Of a stretch of 64,000 nt of DNA, positions 26,009 through 64,000 are shown in pieces. The stretch is from Zootoca vivipara (Eukaryota): positions 12,276,001 to 12,340,000 of the forward strand of contig NC_083277.1 in the NCBI RefSeq assembly GCF_963506605.1. Direction: 5' to 3'. The first letter of the stretch is position 1, and each line of letters starts with the position of its first letter. Under the pieces are notes generated by a model that saw nothing but the letters and a program-made list of their open reading frames with translations, was not told the origin of the DNA and made no database searches. Position numbers and translations under genes: made by a program.

Positions 26009-27371
26009 TTTCTGACAGATGGCTCTGGCACAGAACTTGGGAGTTCACATCCTGTGAAAAAGATTGTGGTTTTTTTAAGCCTCAGCTTCTCTCTGGCCAC
26101 TGACTGAAAGCTGCATAGACAAGATGTCAAGAGGAAAAGGGGTGGCTTCCTATAAATTGGAAGGGGAGTCCCCTGTTTCATAATGGCGAGGGTGGGGTTG
26201 TCAGGGAGTTCTTCCCTGGCTTCTGGCAAAATAAATACATTGCCCCTGCTTGCCTGCCTGCCTTTTCTCCTAGCATCTCCTGAGGGAAGGTTTCTGCTTA
26301 GAATGGTTGCTAAGACAGGTGGTTGCTGAGGAAATGACGTTTGGGAGGGGGGGGGAGAGGAAGAAGAAGGAAAAAAAGAAGAGGGGAATGTGGAGGGGGA
26401 CTAGATAAACGAGTGTGTGACTGAGGGAGAAACTGAAGTATATGCCCTGCTCATCCATCCAGTGCTGAGCAACTGAGGTAAGGGGAGGAGAGCATGCTTA
26501 ATAATGATGGGGAGGGGGTGATAAATAGAAATCGTGAGATATAGGATGAAGTGGGAAATATCAGGGGACTTTCACAGACTAAAAAGATGATTAAGCATTT
26601 TGCTGCTCTGTCAGAAAGGTCATTGCAGCACAGATGTGTTTTTGGCGGAAGGAGAGATGGGGTGCTGAATTGTTTGAGAACCTCATTGTTCTGTTTTATG
26701 TGGCGTATTAAGTCTCTTTTGTGTTTGGAGCCAGTTTCTGGGGGACAGCTGGGTGTACTATGTAATCTTCATAACGAGGAAGAATGAGCTAAAAGTTGGC
26801 TGTCAAAGACAAGCCCTGCCCAGTCATTGGTTGACTTGCTGTGATGTCATCAAATGGCCGCGGGCATTCTAGTGGCTCGGGAGAAAATGGCAGCCCTAGA
26901 AGGGCAACAAACATGGCAGGACCTACCAGGCTCTGCTAGTGAAAGGCTAATTAATTTGGACAAATGCCCAAACTTCCCCTTCACGTTCAGAAAAAAATGC
27001 TTCTTATAGCCCTAGCTTGCTTGTCCTCACGATGACGCTGTGATTTAAGCTGCCGCTGTTCCCATTTTACAGATGAGGAACTGAAGCTGGAAGGTTGTTG
27101 ACTTCGCCCAGAGCCACACAGGGAATCCTTGGCTGAGCTGGAATTTGGAGTTGGGTGGAAAGGTAACAACTGTGCTCACTGCCATATGCCACACTGGGTC
27201 TCAGAGGCGTCTGGGCTCAGTGTGGGGAGGCAAGGCAAAGGCGGTGCAATTGTCCTTTCTTTTCAACGCCATTTTGTGCTTTTTCTTCTTCGCTGTTACT
27301 AGGCCCGATTGCCTCCTCGCAAACAGCTGCATCGCATCCCCAAAGCTGGCAACATCTGACCAGTTGATTAC

Positions 27372-28325
27372 ATGATGGCAAGTACAGAGCCAGTCACCGA
27401 GAAGATGCCCGGCAAGAAACCCAACCAAGGGTCAGCCGTTAGCCAAGAGAGCGGCCACGGCGCATCCGTTGGGAGTGGAGGAGAGAAGGAGAGCAGGGCC
27501 GAGGCGGAAGGAGAGGACCTGAAAGAGAACCTTCCCCCTCGGGACCCAGCCAACAGGGACGTCCCTTGGGCTTGCCCGGACGGCACGTTCGTCAAACTGG
27601 TCCTGGAGCCTGGCACGGGCTTAGATAAGCCTAAAGAAGGCTCCCTCTGCCAGGTCTTCCTCGAAGCTGAGCCAGGATCGCCCTTGAGTTACCCAACGCA
27701 CCGGTGGGCTGAAGTGGAGCTGGGTGGCGGCGACGCCGAGTGGGACGGGGTCGTGGACCGTTGCCTGGAGACTATGCTGGCTGGGGAGCAGGCCGAGGTG
27801 CGGTTGGCGGCGGGAGGCACTGTGACCGTCCGGTTAGCGAGCTTCACAGAGGCCAAAGACTCCTGGGAGATGAGCGCCGCCGAGAAGTGGGACTTGGTCC
27901 TTGGCAACAAAGAACGGGGCGGGGAGCTGTACCGGGCAGGGGATGTTGCCGCTGCAGCGCGGCGCTACGCCAGGGCCTTGCGGCTGCTCGTGGTAGCCGC
28001 CCCTCCACCAGACTACGACCAGATCAAAGCCGAGCTGCATGCCAACCTGGCTGCTTGCCAGCTGAGGCTGCACCAGCCGGCCAACGCCGCCTGCAACTGC
28101 ACCAAGACGCTGGCCTTGCAGCCGGCCAACACCAAGGCCCTCTTCCGGCGGGGCTTGGCTCACGATGCCATGAACGACCTGGAGGGGGCGGCGCAGGATC
28201 TGAAGGGGGTTCTGCAGGTGGAACCGGGGAACCGGGCAGCCCGGAGAGAACTGGAAAGAGTCATGGAGCGGATCAGGGCGCGGGATGCCAAGCTGGCCCG
28301 AGCCATGCAAAAAATGTTTGCCTGA
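27372..28325 (+). CDS. FKBPL: FK506-binding protein-like (degenerate FKBP domain plus three TPRs), 317 aa
   Basis: Uninterrupted ORF; WACPDGTFVKLVLEPGTGLDKPKEGS, TPR helices (LHANLAACQLRL, KALFRRGLA, EPGNRAARREL), C-terminal KMFA; acceptor ...gttactag| at 27302; syntenic with ATF6B and PRRT1. Confidence 0.93.
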   Translation: MMASTEPVTEKMPGKKPNQGSAVSQESGHGASVGSGGEKESRAEAEGEDLKENLPPRDPANRDVPWACPDGTFVKLVLEPGTGLDKPKEGSLCQVFLEAEPGSPLSYPTHRWAEVELGGGDAEWDGVVDRCLETMLAGEQAEVRLAAGGTVTVRLASFTEAKDSWEMSAAEKWDLVLGNKERGGELYRAGDVAAAARRYARALRLLVVAAPPPDYDQIKAELHANLAACQLRLHQPANAACNCTKTLALQPANTKALFRRGLAHDAMNDLEGAAQDLKGVLQVEPGNRAARRELERVMERIRARDAKLARAMQKMFA

Positions 28326-31300
28326 ATAAAAAGAATGCGGCAGTGCTGCTGGTGTTGATCTTTGTGGTATGTTTTCTTCATCCTGCCCATTTATAGAGCA
28401 CATGATGTAGCGAATGTGGCACCCTCCACGTGTTTCGGACTACAACTCCCATCATCCTCTTGTCATTGGCTGGGGCTGATGGGAATTGTAGTCCAAGACA
28501 CTCTGAAAGTACCAGGTTTGTTTCTCTGAATGGGTTGTCCCCCGCCCCATTTTTTTTGCTTCTCTGTGACGTGAATGATGGTTACTCTGAAAACCAGTTG
28601 AAGGAAACCACAGGGATTTCCCATAGGCATCTGGTTGGCCACTGTGAGAGCAGGATGCTGGACTAGGTGGGCCATTGCCCTGATCCTGCAGGCTCTGCTT
28701 TTGTTCTTAAGTCCATTCGAGTGGATACACAAACCCTTGTGTGGAAGATCAAAGCTAGGACTGCATAATTTCTGTGCAGCCACACAATACTGTACACAGA
28801 TACAGATCTTGGCAACCAGCATGGAATTTGGCTGGGTGCAGAGACTGCTGCCTTCCTTTTATTTTAAACATGAGCACGTTTGCAACCCTTATGGATGGAA
28901 ATGTATGGGCTGTGCCTGGTGAAATCTCAGCAATTAAAAAGGGGAGACCTGTTTTCTGAGCTGCTAGGATTACATTAGACACGTGATTTTACTAGAAATA
29001 TTGCCTAGAAGTCAACACCTTCAAAATATTACCCCTCATCTCATACAGAGCTTTCATTTTTTTAAAAAAACTATATATACAGTAATGGCAAATTTCTAGA
29101 CCTTATGGCTGCAAAAACACTTAGTGTGAAAACACATGGACTTGGTAGAATCTTGGAAGGAGGACTGGGTGCAGGGCTTCAACCTGCATAGGGCTTCAAT
29201 ATTTGGTGGTGTTTTGGGATCATCCCATAGTTGCAGAGTTGAATAAATGTTATTTTTTCCCCCCAAGGGGCAGCATATACAGACTTATTTTGCCCTACAG
29301 ACCATCTCTCCCTTCATGCTCTTTAACACAGCCTCCTCTTTCCCTAAAATCCTTCGAAAAGCAAAATTCTGGAAACAAACTACAAACATACCAGCTGCTT
29401 GTAAACTGCCGTAATTCCCTCCCCTGTGTGGTAGATTATTTGGGGTGGGGGGTGGGGAGAAGGGGTGTTTCAGGCAATCCCAAGCAAAAACCTTGGCGCA
29501 ACCCTGAAATGATGGTGCGTTGCTGGCGAAAGCTGGGTGATGGGTTCCAGTCAGGCGTTCTGATGTAGCCAAGAGAAGCTGCTCAGAAAACCCGCAGTTC
29601 TCCCTTGCTGTTATCATTGCGGGTTCTTCCCATTTGCCACCCCTGCAGCCAACCTCCTTTTACCGTGGGCTGTCTCACATGCTCCACTATCACTTTGAAT
29701 CCATACGTACCCCTCTTGTTGTTCCTAAGCAACCATCTCCTGAGAGACAGCAGAGCTTGGGAAGTCCATATTGGGGGACGGGTAAACAGAGGGGAAATAA
29801 TGGGGAGGGGGGAGGGAACACTGGGTTTTGAAAGAGAGAGAGAGAGAGAGGAGGTGAGGTGAATGGCGGGGGAGAGGAAATTCTGAATTTTCTGGCATAG
29901 CTCATACACCATCTGCAAAGACACCGAGAGGAGCTGAGGCCAGGCAGGATCCAGGAGGAATAGATGGGCCAGGTTGTGACAAGGGGGGCTTGGCATCTAT
30001 CCCCATTGTCGAGAAAAATGCAAGGGGTTCCACGCAGAGCAAATTGGGGTGCCGGTGCTAGTAGCTAATGCTGTTTAAAAATACAGCCAGGTAGGATGTT
30101 GAGAATCAATCAAATGTCTTTATTAAGTAATAGAGAGAGATTCTGTAACCAGTCACTTGCAAACAGAGAGATAATAATAACAGAGTCCAACATCCAATAA
30201 AAGAAAAGTGGGTGTGCGGGGAATGAATTGGGAGCTCATGTGACGGAATATGGGGTTTGGTGGAGTCTGGGGCGGGGCGGGTGGCCTGGAAATGAGAAGC
30301 CGAACAGCCAATACCCAGATTTAATTATGCCCTGCAGCGCCTGAGCCATTCAACATATGCTTACACTTCTGTGCCCATGTCTAGCCTCATATATGCTAAA
30401 TTTTTCTCAATGCTCCTTGGAGCCAATCTGCTTGTCATACAGAATGAAGTGGTATGATTCCATGTTTAAAAATACCCCACCCCTAAAAAAAACAACCCCA
30501 CACACCCTTCCCTGCATTTAGTAAGCTAGCCCATCAGCATGAAAGGTTTAGCATAGTTCTCCCTCTGCTGTGCTAGTTTATTCCATTCAGGGAACTTTCT
30601 GAAAAATCCCATCCTGGACCAGCAAACTGAAGTGCTATAGTCCAGAATTCTACTGCCTTTTTTTTTTAGCACAGTATGCTGACTGTCTCTAAAGTTGGCT
30701 CTGTACACTACAGAATGAAGTGACAGTGAACTGTCCCATTTCAGATCGTAGCTGGGGAATGCCATATTTGAAAGTCGGCTTAGAAACAAACAAACCTCCT
30801 TGTAAATAAAACAGTAGTTCCTCAACCTCCCCCCCCCACTCCCTGCAGACCACTGGAAAATTGCTGACTTGATTATTTTTCTTCCCAGCATAGCAATGCT
30901 GATGTGCCGCACTAGATACTGTATGATTTCTAGGGAAGGTTTTTAGCTTTTGTTTTTTGCTGCTTTTGTCTCCTATATATTGTATTTATTTTGTTGTGTC
31001 AATACAGTAAGCCATAAGAAAGAAAAGCAGTGACTAAAATTCAATTTAAAAAGCAACATGGCTATTTGATATGACGGATGTGCCATCTCCCAACCTCAAG
31101 CACAAATCCACAGACATACTGCAGACCCTGCGAATGAAGCTTGCGGGTTGTCTGTGGACCATAGTTTGGGAAGTCCTGTCTATCAGGAAGCCCTGATAGA
31201 AACTTATCTTCCATAAGAAGGGTCTCGTCCATCTCTTCTCCTGCTGTTCGTTACATTTTCTATTTAAAAAATCCCATCCTTCCTTCAAAGAGCTAAGGAC

Positions 31301-31415
31301 AGAATACATGGTTCCTGTGTTTAATCCTCACCACGACCCTGTGAGGTAGGTCAGGCCGTGAGACGGTCATGCAGCCAAGTGGTCAAAGTCAAATACTGTA
31401 TACTCTTACATGTTC

Positions 31416-31460
<45 letters not shown>

Positions 31461-32136
31461 TTATTATTTGTACCCCGCCCATCTGGCTGAGTCTCCCCAG
31501 CCACTACTCTTAGTCTTATCACTGATACTTATAAGCCGCTCTGGGGCTCGGGAGTCATTTTTGGTTGAAGAACAGGATAAAAATGCTGCTAAGATACATA
31601 CGCTTTGCCATTACATCACATGGGCACTATTTACAAGGTGTCATTAAAGTAGGGGATCAGTTTATTTTTATTTTTATTTTAAAAAAGTGAAATCTCCGCA
31701 CTCCCCGCAGCTGCAGTCTGAAGTGCTTGCAAACCGTAGACTAGGCCTCACTGGGTTACTCCGTACAAGTCAAAATGCCTTTCTTGCAGTCTTGCCCTGG
31801 CTTCTGCCTTGCTCACGGGAAATACCACTGTCACACCCTGTTTTTTGAGGCTCTGCTGCTTGTTCCCCATATTTTGCCCATTCTCCACCTATTTCTTTTT
31901 GCTTTTTAACAAATAAAAAATAACTAAAAGTGGTTGTGGTATGTTTTTCATATGGCAGCCAAGGAACGGCCTTGCTCTCCAAATGAAAGTTTTAAGTGAC
32001 TGTTTATTACCTCTATAAACCCAGCTTGTAAGGCAAGCAATGTGGATAAGAGATGGCTATATTTTAATCTACCCACAAGCATTGAGAAGAGAGTGGGTAG
32101 GAATCCGAATAACTGGCTACATACAAGGCTTTGTGT

Positions 32137-32560
32137 GATAGCTCAGTCAGTAGAGTGGGAGACTCTTCATCACAAGGTTGTGAGTTTGAGCCCTACATTG
32201 GGTGAAAGATTCCTGCATTGCAGAGGGTTGGACTAGATTTATCCTTGTGGGTCCCTTAGGTAAAGGCAAAGGTAAAGGACCCCTGACAGTTAAGTCCAGC
32301 CGCAAACGACTCTGGGGTTGCGGCTCTCATCTCGCTTTACTGGCCGAGGGAGCATGACAGTTTTTCCGGGTCATGTGGCCAGCATGACTAAGCCGCTTCT
32401 GGCAAAACCAGAGCAGCGCACGGGAACATCGTTTACCTTACCGCTGGAGTGCAACTTATTTATCTACTTGCACTTTGATGTGCTTTCAAACTGCTTGGTT
32501 GGCAGGAGCTGGGACCGAGCAACGGGAGCTCACTCCGTCGCGGGGATCTGAACTGCCGAA
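32137..32560. mobile_element. tRNA-Lys SINE (plus) abutting a Sauria SINE (minus)
   Basis: 32137-32257 tRNA-Lys head with CR1 tail; 32258-32560 Sauria SINE. Confidence 0.75.
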
Positions 32561-33497
32561 GAGATCCTTTAAAGCAATACAGGGAAAGCTCAAGAAGGGC
32601 TGGGCAGCTAGAAGCAGATGCCCAAATGAAATGGTGAAGGGAAGGCTTTGGCTTCCTAACTGCACGTGAATATTTTTGACCGCTATCTTGAATAACGGTT
32701 TGGGAATCAACCTATTTTAGAAGGGGTTCCTATCTAAAACGGAGAGCTAAAAGACAACAGAGCGAGGCTGTATTATTTAGTGCAGAGAGGAAGGGTGGAT
32801 TCGGATGGAAAACAAAATAAAAGGGAGGTAAGAGGTTCAAACTGCCCCCAATATTCGGTCACTCCACCTCCTCCTGCAAGGAAGGGAGAATTGTCTGATG
32901 GAACAGCAGCAACATTGGCAGAGCATCTTATTTGGCCTTATTTCACATGGTGGAACTACCAGAAAGCAATTGTGGATACAAAGGGATAATGCTTAATGAA
33001 TACACAGGTGTGATGCATTGTCCTGTTAAACGGGCAGTCGGATGCATGCAGAATGCAGCAGAAGGAAGGCGGCTGTTGCCATGGGCGCGAGAGAGCGGAG
33101 CCTACTCTTTGGGGAAGGAAAGAAGCAAGCAAAGTACTCTGGATTAAAATAAAAAAAATTAAAAACCGGCAGGATGGAAAATTTGTTGCGAGAAGCCCCA
33201 GCTGACGGACCCCCTCGGGTGTGTCAGCATTCAGTCTGAATATCGTCTTCCGGAAGTCATTTTGCTGAATAGGTACCATTAATACTGCCGAGAGCTTTGG
33301 GGGAGACGGTTACCAAGCATTCCAAGTATTGTTGGCGGTGGGGGAGGAGACGGTTGCTAAGGACCGCAGGGGAGACGGTTGCCAAGGACCATCCTTGGGA
33401 GCAACGGTTGCCGGGGTGTGTTGTCGTTTTCCTTCCAGGGCTGTTGACACCAATTGCCAGGGGCACAGGAGGAGTCGGAAGGCAAGGCTGCCGGGCG

Positions 33498-60635
<27,138 letters not shown>

Positions 60636-61030
60636 CTCTGCCGCTCTCGTCTTGGCTGTGACTATATGTATGTGTGTGTGTGTGTCTGTTGTGGAGGCGG
60701 GGTAGGGGTGGGGGGTTAGAGACCCACCGGAGGAGGGAGAGATAGCTCTCTGCGTCACCCCCCACCAAAAAAGCCTCCCTCGTCGTCTCCTCCTGTCTCT
60801 GCCTGCTTTGGCAGCCTCTCTCTCTCTCTCCCTCCTTCCCCGGACGAGCCACGCGGCTCTTGCTGTCCCTGCGAAGATGATGGGGGGCGATGGAGCGAGA
60901 AAGAGGCGCGCGCGGGTGGGGTGTGTGTGGGGGAGAGTTAAAGGGCCAGGCGGCTTCAAGGGCAACCCACGGAGCCTACCTCTCGGGTGCTTTTCTCCTG
61001 CGGTGCGGGATAGCTCGCTTTCAGACCCAG
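60636..61030 (-). promoter_or_regulatory. PRRT1 5'UTR and promoter region
   Basis: GC/CpG-enriched, GA- and CA-tract-containing non-repeat sequence immediately upstream of the ATG. Confidence 0.55.
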
Positions 61031-61207
61031 GAGGACTTTTAAGGGTCTCTGACATACATATATATATGTACAGGAAGCCGGGTTATAGTTATTGTTCCCA
61101 TCCAGCTCCATATTGTCGACTCTGATTGGCAGCAGCTGGGCAGCAGGAGATGCCAGGGATCGAACTTGAGGTTTTCAGCATGCAAAGCAGAGGCTCTACC
61201 TATCATT

Positions 61208-61750
61208 GCAGAGTTGGAAAAGGACCCCCAAGGGTCATCTAGTCCAGCCCCCTGCAAAGGCAGGAATCTCAAGCAAAGCATCCATGGCAGATGGGCCATC
61301 CAACCGAAAACCTCCAAGGAAGGAGAGTCCACAACCTTCCGTCCCACTGTCAGAAAGTTCTTTCTCATGTTTAGTTAGAATCTCCTTTCTTGTAACTTGA
61401 AGCCCTTGGTTCGAGTCCTACGTTCCATATAACAGCGCTTGAGATGTTTGAAGGTGACTCTCCTGTCTCCTCTCAGTCTTCTCTTTTCCAGGCTGAGCAT
61501 ATCCAGCTCCTTCAACCGTTCCTCATAAGGCTTGGTTTCCAGACCCTTGATCATCTTGGTTGCCCTCCTCTGCACACATTCCAGCTTGTCAATATCCTTC
61601 TTAAACTGTGGCGCCCAGAACTAGACACAGAATTCCAGGTGTGGCCTGACCAAGGCAGAATAGAGGGGCACTATGACTTCCCTTGATCTGCACACTATGC
61701 AGTCTAGAATGGTATTCACTTTTTTTTTGCTGATGCATCACACCTTTGAT
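61208..61750 (-). mobile_element. CR1 LINE 3' fragment
   Basis: [36 protein letters not shown]. Confidence 0.88.
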
Positions 61751-61893
61751 TCGTGTTAAGTAAGACCCCTAGATCTACTGAGCTCTGGGCCTTCCACAAG
61801 CCTGGAGGCCCTGGCAGTGGTTGCCTTTCCAGTCAGGCTTGTTGCCTGATTCTGGAACTTTGCACTTTTCTGCCATATATGCCACTGAGCCCT

Positions 61894-62200
61894 TCCAGTG
61901 TGGTGTAGTGGTTAAGGGCAGTTGTCTTGTAGTCTGTTGAACCGGGTTCACGTCTTCACTCCTCCACAGGCAGCTGCTGGGTGACCTTGGGGTAGTCACA
62001 CTTCTCTGAAGTCTCTCAGCCCCACTCACATCACAGAGTGTTTGTTGTGGGGGAGGAAGGAAAAGGAGAATGTTAGCTGCTTTGAGACTCCTTCAGGTAG
62101 TGATAAAGCGGGATATCAAATCCAAACTCCTCCTCCTCCTCCTCCTCCTCCTCCTCCTCCTCCTCCTCCTCCTCCTCCTCCTCCTCCTCCTCCTCCTCTT
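61894..62200 (+). mobile_element. Squam3-like SINE with (CCT)n tail
   Basis: Same family as 42686-43008. Confidence 0.8.
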
Positions 62201-62984
62201 TTTTTCCCTGTCCCACAGCACACAAAGGGTGTGTTCTAGACAGTACTGCGCCTTTCACTGGAAGTCGGCCCTGTTATGTTTTCCCCTTTCCTTTTCCTGC
62301 TCATCTGCTGAGCTGGGCCCCTGGTGGAAGCAGCCCCATGGACATGTTTGCATGGACGTATTTTAACAGTGATTCCTGCACTGCAGGGGGGTTGGACTAG
62401 ATGGCCCTAGGGGGTCCCATCCGACCATACAGTTCTATGTTTCTGTGTGATAACTGGTTTCCCTAAAACACAAGGGCCAGGGTAAAGGCCTTTTCAGAAG
62501 GCTCACCTCCCGGAGGCAGACCCACAGTACATTTTTAAAGTGCATTCAACACACATTTAAATCTCATGGCTTCCCCCAAAGAATCATTGGAACTGTAGTT
62601 TAATAGTGCTGGGGAGAGTAGCTCTATGAGGGTGAAACTACGACTCCCAGGATCCTTTTGGGGCAGGAGCCATGCGCTTACAATGTGCAGTAAATGTGCT
62701 TTAAATTTAATAATCGACAAACGATATCCTATATCCTTTTAAATGTGTTTGGGGTAGGTGGTTTGTTTTGCTCTTGTTTTTATTGTGTACAGTATTTTGT
62801 GTTTTTATATTGTGTTTTTATGCTGCAAACTGCCCTCAGATCTTTGGATGAAGGGTGGTATACAAATTTGATGACGACGACGATGATGATGATGATAATT
62901 GGCGTGCACTTGCCTCTTGCACCTGCTTGCCATTGGGGTCTGGTTGGCCACTGCGAGAAGAGGATGCTGGAATTAAATAAAGAG

Positions 62985-63402
62985 GGAGCTTAAATAAAGA
63001 TTGAAAGAAGATAAAGTCCCTACCAGAGAAGAAGGGCAGATCAAGTTGATGGATTGTGACAAAATGGCTAAAATGACCAGAAGAATCAGAAATCAGAAAA
63101 GACAAATTTTTAAATAAGGAATGGGGGGAATTTATAACTTATTTTATTGTAAACAGTTAAATGTAGGATTGGAATATCACTTGTAGTTTAATGGTGAATT
63201 TTGGATACAATGGAGAGATAAAAGATTTGGATTATTATAAAAGATGCAGGAGGAAAGAATTAACAATAGGACCCTCAAAGGGAAGGAGGGCAATCCAAGA
63301 GATTCCTTGCAATCTTGCTTTTATGTTGTGGGCTGGATATAAATGATGTAAAATTTCAATCTGAAAAACCAAATAAACAAAATTTATGGAAAAAAATAAA
63401 AA
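62985..63402 (+). mobile_element. Degraded L1-like 3' end
   Basis: ...MAKMTRRIRNQK...KEWGEFI, AT-rich UTR and A-rich tail; similar to 3185-3555. Confidence 0.5.
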
Positions 63403-64000
63403 GGGAGCTGCCTTCCACTGAGTTCCTTTGGTCCAGCTCTAGCCCAGTACTGTCTACACCAGGTATGTGGATGGATCAGATTGGTATCTCCCCGCATCCC
63501 GGCAGACCAACCTTGACAGGTGAGCAGGACCATCTATGTGTCAATCATCAGACATCCTAATGACTAACAACATGTAACAGGCTGGCACACCCAAATGCAG
63601 GACTGTACTCATGGGGTTCAATCCTGCTTTCTGCCATTGTTGTGGTTCTACCTGCCCTGCACCTGACATCACCTACGGCATCATTTATGAAGCAGGGGGG
63701 GCATTAAGGTTGCTGCCTTTGCCCTCGCAAAACACAGGACAGGACGTGGGGGGTCGGGAGATGGGGAGCATTCCCCCCCACACACACCCAGACACCTGGT
63801 GCTGAAATAACTTCAAAGCACTCCACCACCATCTGCGCTGCAGCCTAACTGGGCAGCGGGAGTGCCAACTTGGCCACGCCACCATGGGTGCCATGCAGTG
63901 TGCATGGCTATGGCAACGAAATTTGTTGGTGCCTGGCCCCTTGATGAGGAATTTTGTGGGTGTTTCAGCCCCCAGGCCCCCAGGGTGTTGGCACCTATGC

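Larger units (their letters stand above)
22806..26051 (-). pseudogene. Candidate decayed or unannotated multi-exon gene of unknown family
   Basis: Six GT-AG exon-like segments with matching phases; two internal TGA codons; first exon split by a transposon; terminal TGA followed by AATAAA (see findings). Confidence 0.45.

Noticed and set aside
27740-28403. Overlapping 218-aa and 189-aa ORFs on FKBPL
   Set aside because: Shadow frames of a GC-rich CDS with no recognisable protein features.
63785-63810. REST/RE1 site upstream of PRRT1
   Set aside because: Only the GGTGCTGAA half matches; the GGACAG half is absent.

Overview
Vertebrate genomic DNA from a squamate, most likely a lacertid lizard (inferred from Sauria SINE, Bov-B, CR1, L2, Penelope and hAT/mariner MITE content). 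It corresponds to the ATF6B-FKBPL-PRRT1 block of the MHC class III region. Three genes were reconstructed by hand from splice sites and phases: ATF6B (minus, 16 coding exons, 5592-19298, 690 aa), FKBPL (plus, single-exon CDS 27372-28325, 317 aa) and PRRT1/SynDIG4 (minus, 4 coding exons, 33498-60635, 265 aa, ~17 kb intron 1). The most interesting unexplained signal is a chain of six phase-compatible exon-like segments on the minus strand at 22.8-26.1 kb between ATF6B and FKBPL. It encodes a protein I do not recognise, carries in-frame TGA codons, and has one exon split by a DNA transposon, so it is a candidate decayed or undescribed gene. Other highlights: a Penelope-borne minimal hammerhead ribozyme, MITEs carrying housekeeping-promoter motifs (ETS, NRF1, CRE, BANP, ZNF143), a pre-miRNA-like hairpin in PRRT1 intron 1, FKBPL inverted relative to the human arrangement, and absence of the duplicated ATF6B exon pair seen in human. 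All comparisons to human and to repeat families are from memory, not database searches.
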